A stretch of DNA of 64,000 bases from the NCBI GenBank assembly GCA_963727625.1, contig CAVSHR010000012.1:480001-544000 (forward strand). The letters run 5' to 3'. Shown here piece by piece: positions 21,926 through 30,983 of this stretch. This DNA is from an uncultured delta proteobacterium. GTDB taxonomy: Bacteria > Desulfobacterota > Binatia > UBA9968. Positions within the stretch are counted from its first letter, which is position 1. The number at the start of each line of letters is the position of its first letter. Made by a program: the position numbers and the translations under genes. The notes under the pieces are model-generated. The model had not been told where the DNA came from and did not search any database. It saw nothing but the letters and a program-made list of their open reading frames with translations.

Positions 21926-22871
21926 GGATCTTAATCTTCATCAGTTGGAAATTTTTCTCTGTGTTGCGCGCGAGCGGAGCTTCTCGAAAGCAGCGGCGTA
22001 TTTACATATAAGTCAACCGTCGGTATCCATACAAATCAAGAAACTTGAGGATTCCCTACAGGTAAAACTCTTCGAGCGGTTGGGACGACAGATTTATTTG
22101 ACACGCGAGGGAGCAGCAGTTCTCAGCCATGTGACGCAATTAGCCGATATTATCTCCAATCTCGAGGGCGACCTTAAAGACCTCAAAGGCATTGGACAAG
22201 GGCAGCTTTCGGCAGGATGCAGCAGAGTTCCGAGCGCAACGCTGGTTCCATTGGCGGTGGCGGAGTTTAAAGAGCACTATCCCCAAACGGAAATCTCGAT
22301 CAAGACCGGCCGTCCTTACGAGATCGAGCAATGGATTTTGTCCAACGCTGTTGATTTCGGCGTCACTGAAGGAGACCCCTCTTCTTCACTTGTATTGAAG
22401 GAACCCTGGTATGAGGATGAACTTGTCTTGGTTTTGTCGCGACGATCGCATTTGCTCAAGAAACACCAATTGACATTGAAAGAAGTGGTCGAGGAGCCCT
22501 TCCTGCTTCAAGCTCCGTGGGGGCAGCCGACATTTATCGAAAGGGTATTCGCCCAAAAGGGGATTACGATCAAAAAGCCGGTTACACTCGGCTCTAGAGA
22601 AGCCGTTAAAGCAGGAATCGCGGCGGGATACGGAGTCTCGTTGTTGCCAAAGACGGTGATCGAGATCGAATTAAAGGCCGGAACACTCAAGATGAAAAAA
22701 ATTCGCGATTTCGACGTCACCTATCCAATGAACATCGTCTATCATCGAGACAAGCAGCTCTCGATTTACGCCAGGACATTTCTGGAGATTCTGAGAAAAC
22801 AAAGCATAAGATTACGCGAGGCGCACCTTTCGTATTCCGCTCACAAAGAAAAATCTCGACTGTCTTCGTGA
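21924..22871 (+). CDS. LysR-family transcriptional regulator (CysL/CbbR-like)
   Basis: HTH SFSKAAAYLHISQPSVSIQIKKLE...LFER; SREAVKAGIAAGYGVS. Confidence 0.95.
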   Translation: MDLNLHQLEIFLCVARERSFSKAAAYLHISQPSVSIQIKKLEDSLQVKLFERLGRQIYLTREGAAVLSHVTQLADIISNLEGDLKDLKGIGQGQLSAGCSRVPSATLVPLAVAEFKEHYPQTEISIKTGRPYEIEQWILSNAVDFGVTEGDPSSSLVLKEPWYEDELVLVLSRRSHLLKKHQLTLKEVVEEPFLLQAPWGQPTFIERVFAQKGITIKKPVTLGSREAVKAGIAAGYGVSLLPKTVIEIELKAGTLKMKKIRDFDVTYPMNIVYHRDKQLSIYARTFLEILRKQSIRLREAHLSYSAHKEKSRLSS

Positions 22872-22948
22872 TTCATTTTTGGTAAGTATTTTCCCCGGCT
22901 TTGAAGCGAATTCCGGGTGTTACAAATACTCAGAGTTTCTTGAATCGC

Positions 22949-22991
22949 ATAGAGTATTAACTATATGAGCGATAAAAATTATCAATTTGTC
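22949..22991 (+). promoter_or_regulatory. Putative LysR operator/-35 region of the thiolase operon
   Basis: ATAGAGTATTAACTATATGAGCGATAAAAATTATCAATTTGTC; dyads ATAG..CTAT and GATA..TATC. Confidence 0.5.
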
Positions 22992-23122
22992 GCGATAGTC
23001 CGTCCTAGTATAGGGTCGCGCTGTGAATAGCGTTGTGTTTGTCCGGCTCTTGCCTTCGGCGCGGTATTACTATTCCCCGAGGAAATCATGGCGTACGAGT
23101 TTAGCATAGCGATAAAAAACAC

Positions 23123-24283
23123 ATGACCGATCTGAAAAACAAGTGCGCCATCGTCGGAATTGGCGAGACTGCCGTGGGAAAGCTTCCCGCGACGAGCAGC
23201 ATGGGCATTCAACTCGAGGCCATTCGTTGGGCGCTTAAAGATGCCCAGCTTCGGCCGGTGGACGTCGACGGTCTCCTCGCAATCCAACCGGCTGACGATC
23301 CACGCCGCTCGTACGCGCTGTCGATCGCACAGGCGGCGGGCATTCGTCCTAATTACGCGACCGATCTTGCGTTGGGCGGCGCGACTCCAGTTGCGATGGT
23401 CGCGCATGCGGTGATGGCGATTGTGGCCGGTCTCTGTAAAACCGTCGTGTGTGTTTTGGGCCATAAGCAAGCCACCGGACGTCTGGGGGACAGACGGGGA
23501 CGACTCCGTGATGGACTGGAAGACTTTGAAGAGCCGTTTGGGCTGTTGGGAGCTCCCGCGATACATGCCGCGGTGGCCGCTCGCCACATGCATGAGTATG
23601 GGACCACGAGCGAACAACTGGCGGCGGTGGCTGTGGCGGCCCGCCGCCATGCCAGTGTGAATGCTAACGCTTCCATGCGCCAGCCGATCACGGTCAAGGA
23701 CGTTCTTGAATCGCGCTGGATCGTTAAGCCATTTCATCTTCTGGACTGCTGCTTGGTTTCTGACGGCGGTGGCGCGGTTGTTGTCACATCAAGCGAACGT
23801 GCTGGCGACTTCCCGCAGCGCCCGGTCTACATTCGAGGTTTCGGCGAGGGACATACACAGGGGCCGCTGGAATCACCGACGTTGACAACCCTCGGTGGTA
23901 AGCACTCTTCGACAGTAGCCTACAGGATGGCCGAGGTTGGCCCAAAAGACATAGATTTTGCGGAGCTCTATGACTGCTTTACGGCGATTACGATCGTGAC
24001 ACTTGAGGATTATGGTTTTTGCGCTAAAGGAGAGGGCGGCCCCTGGGTCGAGAACGGGCGGATCGAGATCGGTGGCGAATTGCCGGTGAATACGCACGGC
24101 GGTCTACTATCGCAGGCCCATATTGAAGGAATGCTGCATATCACAGAGGCGGTCAAGCAGCTTCGCGGCGACTTCGTGGAAATTGAGCGGCAAGTGAAGG
24201 ACGCAAAGTTAGGTATTGTCAGCGGGCACGGAGCGAATCTCGGCGCACATGCAACATTGATCCTGAGCCGGCAGTTTAACTGA
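23123..24283 (+). CDS. SCP-x/Ltp2-type thiolase-superfamily protein
   Basis: AIVGIGET, DCCLVSDGG, ELYDCF and NTHGGLLSQAH motifs; no nucleophilic Cys at GGATP. Confidence 0.9.
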   Translation: MTDLKNKCAIVGIGETAVGKLPATSSMGIQLEAIRWALKDAQLRPVDVDGLLAIQPADDPRRSYALSIAQAAGIRPNYATDLALGGATPVAMVAHAVMAIVAGLCKTVVCVLGHKQATGRLGDRRGRLRDGLEDFEEPFGLLGAPAIHAAVAARHMHEYGTTSEQLAAVAVAARRHASVNANASMRQPITVKDVLESRWIVKPFHLLDCCLVSDGGGAVVVTSSERAGDFPQRPVYIRGFGEGHTQGPLESPTLTTLGGKHSSTVAYRMAEVGPKDIDFAELYDCFTAITIVTLEDYGFCAKGEGGPWVENGRIEIGGELPVNTHGGLLSQAHIEGMLHITEAVKQLRGDFVEIERQVKDAKLGIVSGHGANLGAHATLILSRQFN

Positions 24284-24311
24284 GACGAAGGATTTAAAGA
24301 ACTCGTGATCT

Positions 24312-24719
24312 ATGGGTGATTACCTAAAGCCACTGCCGGCGCTCGATATCGACAGTCGGCTTTTCTGGGAAAGTTGCAAGAAGCATCAAATGGCGCTACA
24401 GCAATGCCTCTCGTGTAAACAATTCCGCTATCCGCCGCGACCCCTATGCCCTCAGTGTCACTCGCCGGAGGCGCAATGGACTCCCATCACTGGCAGGGGC
24501 CAAGTCTATGTGGCGCTCCTGATGTGCCGCAGCTATGGGCCCGCATGGGAGCACGATGTGCCGTACAATATTTCCTTAATTGATCTGGACGAGGGAGTAA
24601 GGGTCTGGAGCAATGTCATCGGCTCTCCCGCTCAAGATGTCAATATCGGCGATCATGTCGCGATCAGCTACGAGGATGTGACCGATGAGATAACTTTGCC
24701 CAAATTTCGTAAAGTCTGA
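24312..24719 (+). CDS. DUF35 Zn-ribbon/OB-fold protein
   Basis: FWE, CxxC-YPPR-CPxC, PY..LIDLDEG and LPKF motifs. Confidence 0.9.
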   Translation: MGDYLKPLPALDIDSRLFWESCKKHQMALQQCLSCKQFRYPPRPLCPQCHSPEAQWTPITGRGQVYVALLMCRSYGPAWEHDVPYNISLIDLDEGVRVWSNVIGSPAQDVNIGDHVAISYEDVTDEITLPKFRKV

Positions 24720-24743
24720 TCTGCATTCGAAAGGAGACTGACA

Positions 24744-25846
24744 ATGGCTATTTGTGTATCGCACGGCGGCACCACTACTTACTCGTCGCAGGCGCCATCG
24801 TCCGAGTTATTCGTCGGAACAGTCAATGGGGTAATGATGCTGCGAAAAGGCAGTGACGGGCGCTGGAGTTGTCACGCAAAAGCTCTGGAGGGCATGCATG
24901 TTCATGCGCTTGTCATTGAGCCGACGAGCGGATTTATCTTTGCCGGTATTCACAAAGGATCTGTCTATGTTAGTAAAGACCAGGGCCTGACCTGGGGGAA
25001 GCAGGATAACGGAATAGCCCAGAACGATATCTATTGCCTCGCGACTGCCATCGTCGATGGCAAAGGGAGGCTTTACGCAGGTACCGAACCGGCTCATTTC
25101 TATCAAAGTGACGATTTGGGTGAGAGCTGGAATGAAATTAAATCGCTGCGCTCCGTTCCTAGCGTGTCCAAATGGACTTTTCCGGCACCTCCTCATATTG
25201 CGCACGTCAAAAATATCGCCCTCCATCCGGGGAATACCCAAAAGATATATGTATGCATTGAACAAGGCGGTCTATTGACAAGCGACGACGGCGGTTCCAC
25301 TTGGGAAGAGCTCCATGGTTTTGATACGGATTTAAAGTTCGATCTCCCGGAAGGCGCATTTGCCGACGATATTCATCGGGTTCTCATTCCTCCAACCGAT
25401 CCGAGCTTTACCTATATTTCCAGCGGTATTGGACTCTGTTGCAGTCCGAACCAAGGAAAAAGTTGGGAGCATCTCACAACGCCGCAAACGAGAATTGGCT
25501 ATCCCGATGCGCTGCTACTGCATCCACGCCGGCCTTCCCTTATGTTTGCCGCCGGTGCACGGGAGAATCCTCGCGCTTGGCGTACGACCCACGACGCGGA
25601 TTCAACAATCGCCCGAAGCAGAGACCGGGGAAAAAGCTGGGAGTCCCTAGAGGAGGCGCTTCCGGGACACCTGCGGGGCAATATCGAAGCCATGGCTATG
25701 GAAGTGTGCGAAAACTCTTTTTCTTTATTCGCGCAACGACGGACGGAGAAATCCTGTATAGCGATGACGAGGGCGATAAATGGTCGACAATTGTTAAAGG
25801 AATACCGGCTATATCTAAAAACGGCCATTATTTGAGACTACGGTAG
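24744..25846 (+). CDS. BNR/Asp-box beta-propeller protein with a frameshift near 25733
   Basis: Repeated SxDxGxxW and YAGTEPA. The C-terminus (TTDGEILYSDDEGDKW) continues in the 25439-25846 frame. Confidence 0.8.
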
Positions 25847-25911
25847 TGCACAGGGGCGCCGCAGCGTAAACGTCGAACTTAACCGTTAACTCCAAGGTAT
25901 TTGGAGTGGAA

Positions 25912-26055
25912 ATGGACATGAAACACTGAGCCAGCGGTTTAGAATCGGAGAAGCCACCAAACTTATCTACAGGTTGCTACATCGATACACGAATCTATAC
26001 GGATCAGAAGGTCTTTGACGAGGAGCGGCGTAAGATTTTTACCAAAGTATGGAAT
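25912..26055 (+). pseudogene. N-terminal remnant of a Rieske ring-hydroxylating dioxygenase alpha subunit
   Basis: MDMKH*ASGLESEKPPNLSTGCYIDTRIYTDQKVFDEERRKIFTKVWN after a GGAG RBS. Homology ends before the Rieske CxH. Confidence 0.7.
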
Positions 26056-26683
26056 TTACGGCCGAATCGGGCTGCCACCCTTGGAAGCGGCCTGCCGTGC
26101 CGGCTATGGCAACCGGAACGAAGGGGTAAACACAGGTTCTTTAGACCGTGATGCCGCCTCCATCCAGAAATACCGAACTCACGGGTTACGATAAATCGCA
26201 TTCTCAGACGAAACAGATTAATGACGGTATAAAATTGTCCGGCTCGAGTGGTTAACGATAACAAAGTCACCCCCGGCAACTTTTCGGACCAATATCACGT
26301 GAACTTATGCCTCCACCCGGAAAGCAACAGCCAAGCGATGCCAAAGAGGAACTCATGTCATAGAATATGATTTTGCTCCGGGCATGCACAGGTGAGAATC
26401 CGAGGCGGACTAAACGTTACAAACGCCCTACCGGAATCTACACCCAAAGAGTGTTGCCGGTCTAACAATGCAGTCGCGGGGTTTTCTCCGGTAAGCAGCA
26501 ATCTGATTACCGTCCAATAGCCGAAGAAATTATTACCTCGCTGCGCGCCTGGGGCGACACCCGCTTCGGCGACTGCCAAGGAAGCAAACTGAACGAAGAA
26601 TAAACCGGCGCGCAGCGACGATTTCAATGACGAATTTGACCGCGACTGGTGATCGTTTAAGGCTTTAGAGCCAATCATTGCAA

Positions 26684-26696
26684 GTCGGACGAAGTT
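26684..26696. repeat. Right copy of inverted repeat (GTCGGACGAAGTT), partner at 2197-2209
   Basis: Exact reverse complement of 2197-2209, lying about 45 bp from the first backbone gene. Confidence 0.4.
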
Positions 26697-26740
26697 GGTA
26701 AGCTCAACATTTTAAAGACGGTAAATTCGAGCGGGCGCAA

Positions 26741-28522
26741 TCAGTTCTGTTGGATACCGTAACGGCGCGCGAAGAGATAATAAACCAGCGCGATAGAAAC
26801 CAAGATCGCCGTCCAGAGCACGCCAAAAGCGGCCAGCTCGCCGATTTGAGCGTTCTCCCAGAGCTCGAAAATTGCCACGGAGACGACCGGTGTCTTCGGG
26901 CTGACCAGCAAGACCGACATGGAGAGTTCTTTGGCGGACAAAAGAAAAATAAACACCCAGCCGCCGATAAACGACGGTGTGATGAGCGGCACGATGATCC
27001 GGCGCATGCAGTTCGACCATGACGCCCCCGAGGTGTAAGCCGCTTCTTCCAACTCCTTATGGAGCTGCAACAAACCGGAATGGGTGTAGCGGATACCGTA
27101 AGGAATGTAACGCGTCACAAAGGCGATGAGCAAAATCCACAACGTGCCGTAAACCGGAATCGGCACGAACAGATAGAAGCGCAGGATCGCCAGCCCCATG
27201 ACGATGCCGGGAAACAGCAACGGCAGCGTCGTCAGCAAATCGAGCAACCAGCGGCCGCGCAGCTTCGTCCGCACCAAAAGCCAGGATGCGAATAGGGTCA
27301 GCAGCATCACCGCGCTGGCACTGCCAAGGCCGAGAAGAATGCTGTTCTTAATGGAATCGGTAATCTTCGGATAATACAGTGCCGTAATGTAATTTTTTAA
27401 GGTAAAGCGAGAGAGCGCCTCGAAGGACGGCTGGATATAAAATGGCAACAACGACGCCCAGAGAATGATTAGAAAGGGTAGCACCAAGAGCACCGTGGCA
27501 TAGATCAGCAAAGCTAAAGTTGCCAGGTAGCGCCAGCGGCCGAGAGAAATCACCGTCGGTCGATAACCCTTGCCCGTGACGGTTTGAAACCGCTCCCCTT
27601 CGCGAGTCACGCGAAAATAAAAATACAACGTGCCGGCCACCACGAACATGAGCAGCACGGAAAACGCTCCAGCACTGCCGTATTGTGCCGGCATTTTTTG
27701 CGCATCGATGTAAATCGACGTCGTAAGCACGCGCACGTCGCCCGGAAGTCCCACCAAGGCGGGAATCTCGAAGGACTCGAAAGAACGAATAAAAATCAAC
27801 AGCACCACCGAGAAGAATGCGGGCAGCATCAAACGGAGCGACACCCGGCGCATGGTCTGCCAGAGCCGCGCGCCGCACGCCGACGACGCTTCCTCGAGCG
27901 ATGGATCCATCGAGCGAAACGCCGCGGCCAGCATCAGAAAGACGAACGGCGACCATAGTAGCGACTCGATGAGAATCATTCCGAATAATGAATATACGTT
28001 GATGACCGGAGTGGATTGATTGAGCCATATCTTGAGCCAGTAGTTGACCGGTCCGGCCCGGCCGAGAAGCAAGAGCCAACCGATCGTATAAAGGATGAAC
28101 GGCGTGCCGAAGGAAGCGAAGGCGGTAAAATAACCCAGGCCGCGCAGCGGCGCGTTCGTGCGCGTGACGATCCACGCGATGGCGCCGCCGAGCGCGGTTG
28201 CCAGCAGGGCGCTGCCGATCGAAAAGTAAACCGTGTTGAGAAAGGGGCCAAGGACCCGCAGCTCGGTTAGGAGATCTCTATAGTAACGAAAAGTAAACTG
28301 ATCGATCTCGCCGGTGAGCTTGGTCGTAAACAGGCTGGTTTGAATGACCGAATAGAGCGGCGGCAGCACCAGATAGGCGGTGACGAGCGAGACTCCGACC
28401 ATCAGACCCGTTGCGCTGTCGAATCGGCGCAGCCAGGAAACGCCGAGCAACCCGCGCGCCGCACTTGCGGCGCCCGACTTTGGTGAAAAGCCGTAGGTCT
28501 GCGATGACGTTTGTTTGGCCAC
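26741..28522 (-). CDS. ABC transporter permease (FbpB-type)
   Basis: DPSLEEAS, VTGKGYRP and ELEEAAYTSG motifs. Confidence 0.92.
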   Translation of the reverse strand: MAKQTSSQTYGFSPKSGAASAARGLLGVSWLRRFDSATGLMVGVSLVTAYLVLPPLYSVIQTSLFTTKLTGEIDQFTFRYYRDLLTELRVLGPFLNTVYFSIGSALLATALGGAIAWIVTRTNAPLRGLGYFTAFASFGTPFILYTIGWLLLLGRAGPVNYWLKIWLNQSTPVINVYSLFGMILIESLLWSPFVFLMLAAAFRSMDPSLEEASSACGARLWQTMRRVSLRLMLPAFFSVVLLIFIRSFESFEIPALVGLPGDVRVLTTSIYIDAQKMPAQYGSAGAFSVLLMFVVAGTLYFYFRVTREGERFQTVTGKGYRPTVISLGRWRYLATLALLIYATVLLVLPFLIILWASLLPFYIQPSFEALSRFTLKNYITALYYPKITDSIKNSILLGLGSASAVMLLTLFASWLLVRTKLRGRWLLDLLTTLPLLFPGIVMGLAILRFYLFVPIPVYGTLWILLIAFVTRYIPYGIRYTHSGLLQLHKELEEAAYTSGASWSNCMRRIIVPLITPSFIGGWVFIFLLSAKELSMSVLLVSPKTPVVSVAIFELWENAQIGELAAFGVLWTAILVSIALVYYLFARRYGIQQN

Positions 28523-28537
28523 GGCGGTCGACCGCCA

Positions 28538-29632
28538 CTATTTCACAAAGACTTTGTTGAAGTAGTCTACCCACTCGTTGCCCTTGTCGTACTGGATGTC
28601 CGGGTTGATATAGTCGGCGCGTTTGAAACGGCCGCCACCGGGTTTCAGGTCGGCCTGCTTGGCGGGCACCTTCGGATGAGCCGGCAAATAGTTCGATTGT
28701 TGGAAAACTTTCTGTCCCTTCTCGGACATAACGAAATCGAGCAGCAACATCGCCGCGTGCGGATGCGGCGAATACTTCGCCAGGGCGATGGTTTGAATTG
28801 TCGCGGTCACCGGTTCCTGAGGCTGCCAATCCACCGGAGCGCCGGCGGATTGGCTGATATAAGCGTGATGATTGAAAATATGCAGCGCGAGCGGATACTC
28901 GCCGGCAATCGTCATGTCCAAGATCTGCCGGTTGCTGGCCGTACTTTTGGCAATGTTTTGCGTCTTTAATTTCTGCAAATAGGCTTTGCCCGCTTCTTCG
29001 CCCATCGCATGAAGAATCGTGCCGATAAAGATCGGCGCTCCGGAACCGCGGCTGGTGGACCAAATCATCTGTCCCTTCCAGCGCGGGTTGAGAAGATCTT
29101 CGTAGGTTTTCGGCACTTCGTTGGGCTTTACCATCCCGGTGTTATAACCGGTGGCGAAAAAGTACAAGTTCGTCGAGCCCCAGAACCCTTTCGGATCCTT
29201 AAGCTTGGCAGGGTATTCAGCCAAAAACGGCGAATAAAACCGCTGCAGATAACCCGCGCGCCGAACCATGGTCGGCGATACGGTGCCATCGATGATATCG
29301 ACATCGTATCGTTTGGCCTGATATTCAGAGAGCATTTTCTGCACGACGCGCGAAGAATTGCCGCGGAAAAACTCGACTTGAAGGAACGGGTATTCCTTCT
29401 CGAACGCCGCTTTGACAGGACGCACCACCTGATTGACGATGAGTGTAGTGTACCAAGAAACTTTACCTTCTTTCTTGGCGCCTTCGACGAGGAGTTTCTG
29501 GCGATCGGCACGGTTCATGAGTGCAATCTCTTCGACGCTCGCAGCGCCGGCGAACTGACTTAACCCCATCGTAGCCGCCACCGCAACAACCACAGCGAAA
29601 CGCAAAACTCCCCAGCGATTGAGCATCGTCAT
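28538..29632 (-). CDS. ABC substrate-binding protein (Fe(III)-type)
   Basis: Signal peptide, GAKKEG, PKTYEDLL..RWKG and PHPHAAMLL motifs. Confidence 0.92.
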   Translation of the reverse strand: MTMLNRWGVLRFAVVVAVAATMGLSQFAGAASVEEIALMNRADRQKLLVEGAKKEGKVSWYTTLIVNQVVRPVKAAFEKEYPFLQVEFFRGNSSRVVQKMLSEYQAKRYDVDIIDGTVSPTMVRRAGYLQRFYSPFLAEYPAKLKDPKGFWGSTNLYFFATGYNTGMVKPNEVPKTYEDLLNPRWKGQMIWSTSRGSGAPIFIGTILHAMGEEAGKAYLQKLKTQNIAKSTASNRQILDMTIAGEYPLALHIFNHHAYISQSAGAPVDWQPQEPVTATIQTIALAKYSPHPHAAMLLLDFVMSEKGQKVFQQSNYLPAHPKVPAKQADLKPGGGRFKRADYINPDIQYDKGNEWVDYFNKVFVK

Positions 29633-29819
29633 AAAATCGTCTCCTTAGGTATTGAAATGACCCTGCGCTGCTAATCGAAAGTTATTCTGAGACCCCTTGG
29701 CTTGTCAAGGCAAAACCGTGGCGCGTATCGCCCCTTGTCAGCGCGAATCCTTCGAATAAATTTGTGCCAAATGTTTCTTTCTTATGGATCGATCGTTTCG
29801 AATCACAAGGCCGCCGGCT

Positions 29820-30827
29820 TCACTGCCAAAGTTTTTTGATGAAACCGCTCTTTTCCAGCTCATTCATGTAGCTCGTGTCCATGAATTCGCCCGGCCGCCG
29901 GCCCCTGGCCTTCGGGTTGCTCTCACCGATAAGCTGAAGCGCATTCTGCGCGGCTTTGACGGTGAGCGTGGGTACTTTCTTGATATACTTGGAGACGAAC
30001 AGATCGTAAGTTGCGGCGAGCAGCTCCTGATCTTGAATCCCGCCGTATTTTTTTAGCGCCCTGATCCCCATTGCCCGGTCGGTGAGCAGCCGGTACGTCC
30101 CTTCAAGGTAAGCTTTCATGTAGCGCAGCACCAGATCGTGATGCGCGCTGGCGTAAGCGCGACTTACCGCAATGGTCGTCGTCGGCACTTCGATGCCCGA
30201 CTCGGACAAATCGTAAAGCGATTTAAGACCCAATTTCTCGGCAAAAAACGACGACGGAAAGGACAGCATGCCGGCAGCGATCCGCTTTTGCTGAATCGCC
30301 GGGACAATATCGGAAAGCCGGCCAATCTGCACGATGGTCACGTCTTTATTCGGCTCCAGCTTCCAGTGCTCCAGGACCGGCCGAAGCGCCAGGTCCGTGA
30401 GCGAGCCGAAGCGAGTCACGCCGATCGACTTATCCTTGAGGTCCGCGGGTCCGGAGATGCTTGGATGGGCGATGACTTTCATCAGATGGCTTTCGATGGA
30501 ATTTGCCAACAGGATCAGATCCGACCCGTTCACCGAGGATTGTAGGGTAACGATTCCAGACGTGCTGGTAAAATCCAGCTGCCCGGCGGTATGCACCTTC
30601 ACCATCTGCACGCCTTGCACGTAAATCAGCTCGGCGTCCAGTCCGTACTTCTCGAATAGCCCCGCTTCTTTGGTTACGAAGAGCGGATACATGCTCGCGC
30701 TCGGCGACGGATAACCGACGCGGATCTTGGTTAAACCCGCCGACACCGCTCGGGCTCTCGGCAGTTGAACGACGCCCAAGCCAAACAGCAGCACCCATAC
30801 TAAAAAATGAATTCGCCGGATAACCAT
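29820..30827 (-). CDS. NitT/TauT-family substrate-binding protein
   Basis: Signal peptide, GLFEKYGLD, DLKDKSIGVTRFGS and ELEKSGF motifs. Confidence 0.9.
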   Translation of the reverse strand: MVIRRIHFLVWVLLFGLGVVQLPRARAVSAGLTKIRVGYPSPSASMYPLFVTKEAGLFEKYGLDAELIYVQGVQMVKVHTAGQLDFTSTSGIVTLQSSVNGSDLILLANSIESHLMKVIAHPSISGPADLKDKSIGVTRFGSLTDLALRPVLEHWKLEPNKDVTIVQIGRLSDIVPAIQQKRIAAGMLSFPSSFFAEKLGLKSLYDLSESGIEVPTTTIAVSRAYASAHHDLVLRYMKAYLEGTYRLLTDRAMGIRALKKYGGIQDQELLAATYDLFVSKYIKKVPTLTVKAAQNALQLIGESNPKARGRRPGEFMDTSYMNELEKSGFIKKLWQ

Positions 30828-30983
30828 GCGAACCTCCTCACCGTCATAAGCTCCTCAGCGATAACCTGAGAACGCCTGCTCTCTTAACAACTTAGCGAGG
30901 CTGACGCAAACGTCGAATCGCCGCTGCCGTCGACTTGACAGGCACTGTCGCCGCAGATAGAGCATCGGTTGAGAAATCGATCG

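Noticed and set aside
25927-25929. In-frame TGA in the Rieske stub as selenocysteine
   Set aside because: It is not at a Cys-type position and the gene is truncated anyway, so a nonsense change or read error is more likely.
26060-26680. Possible ncRNA or gene in the island's right margin
   Set aside because: All frames are interrupted or motif-less, and I recognised no RNA structure. An Rfam or BLASTX search would be needed.
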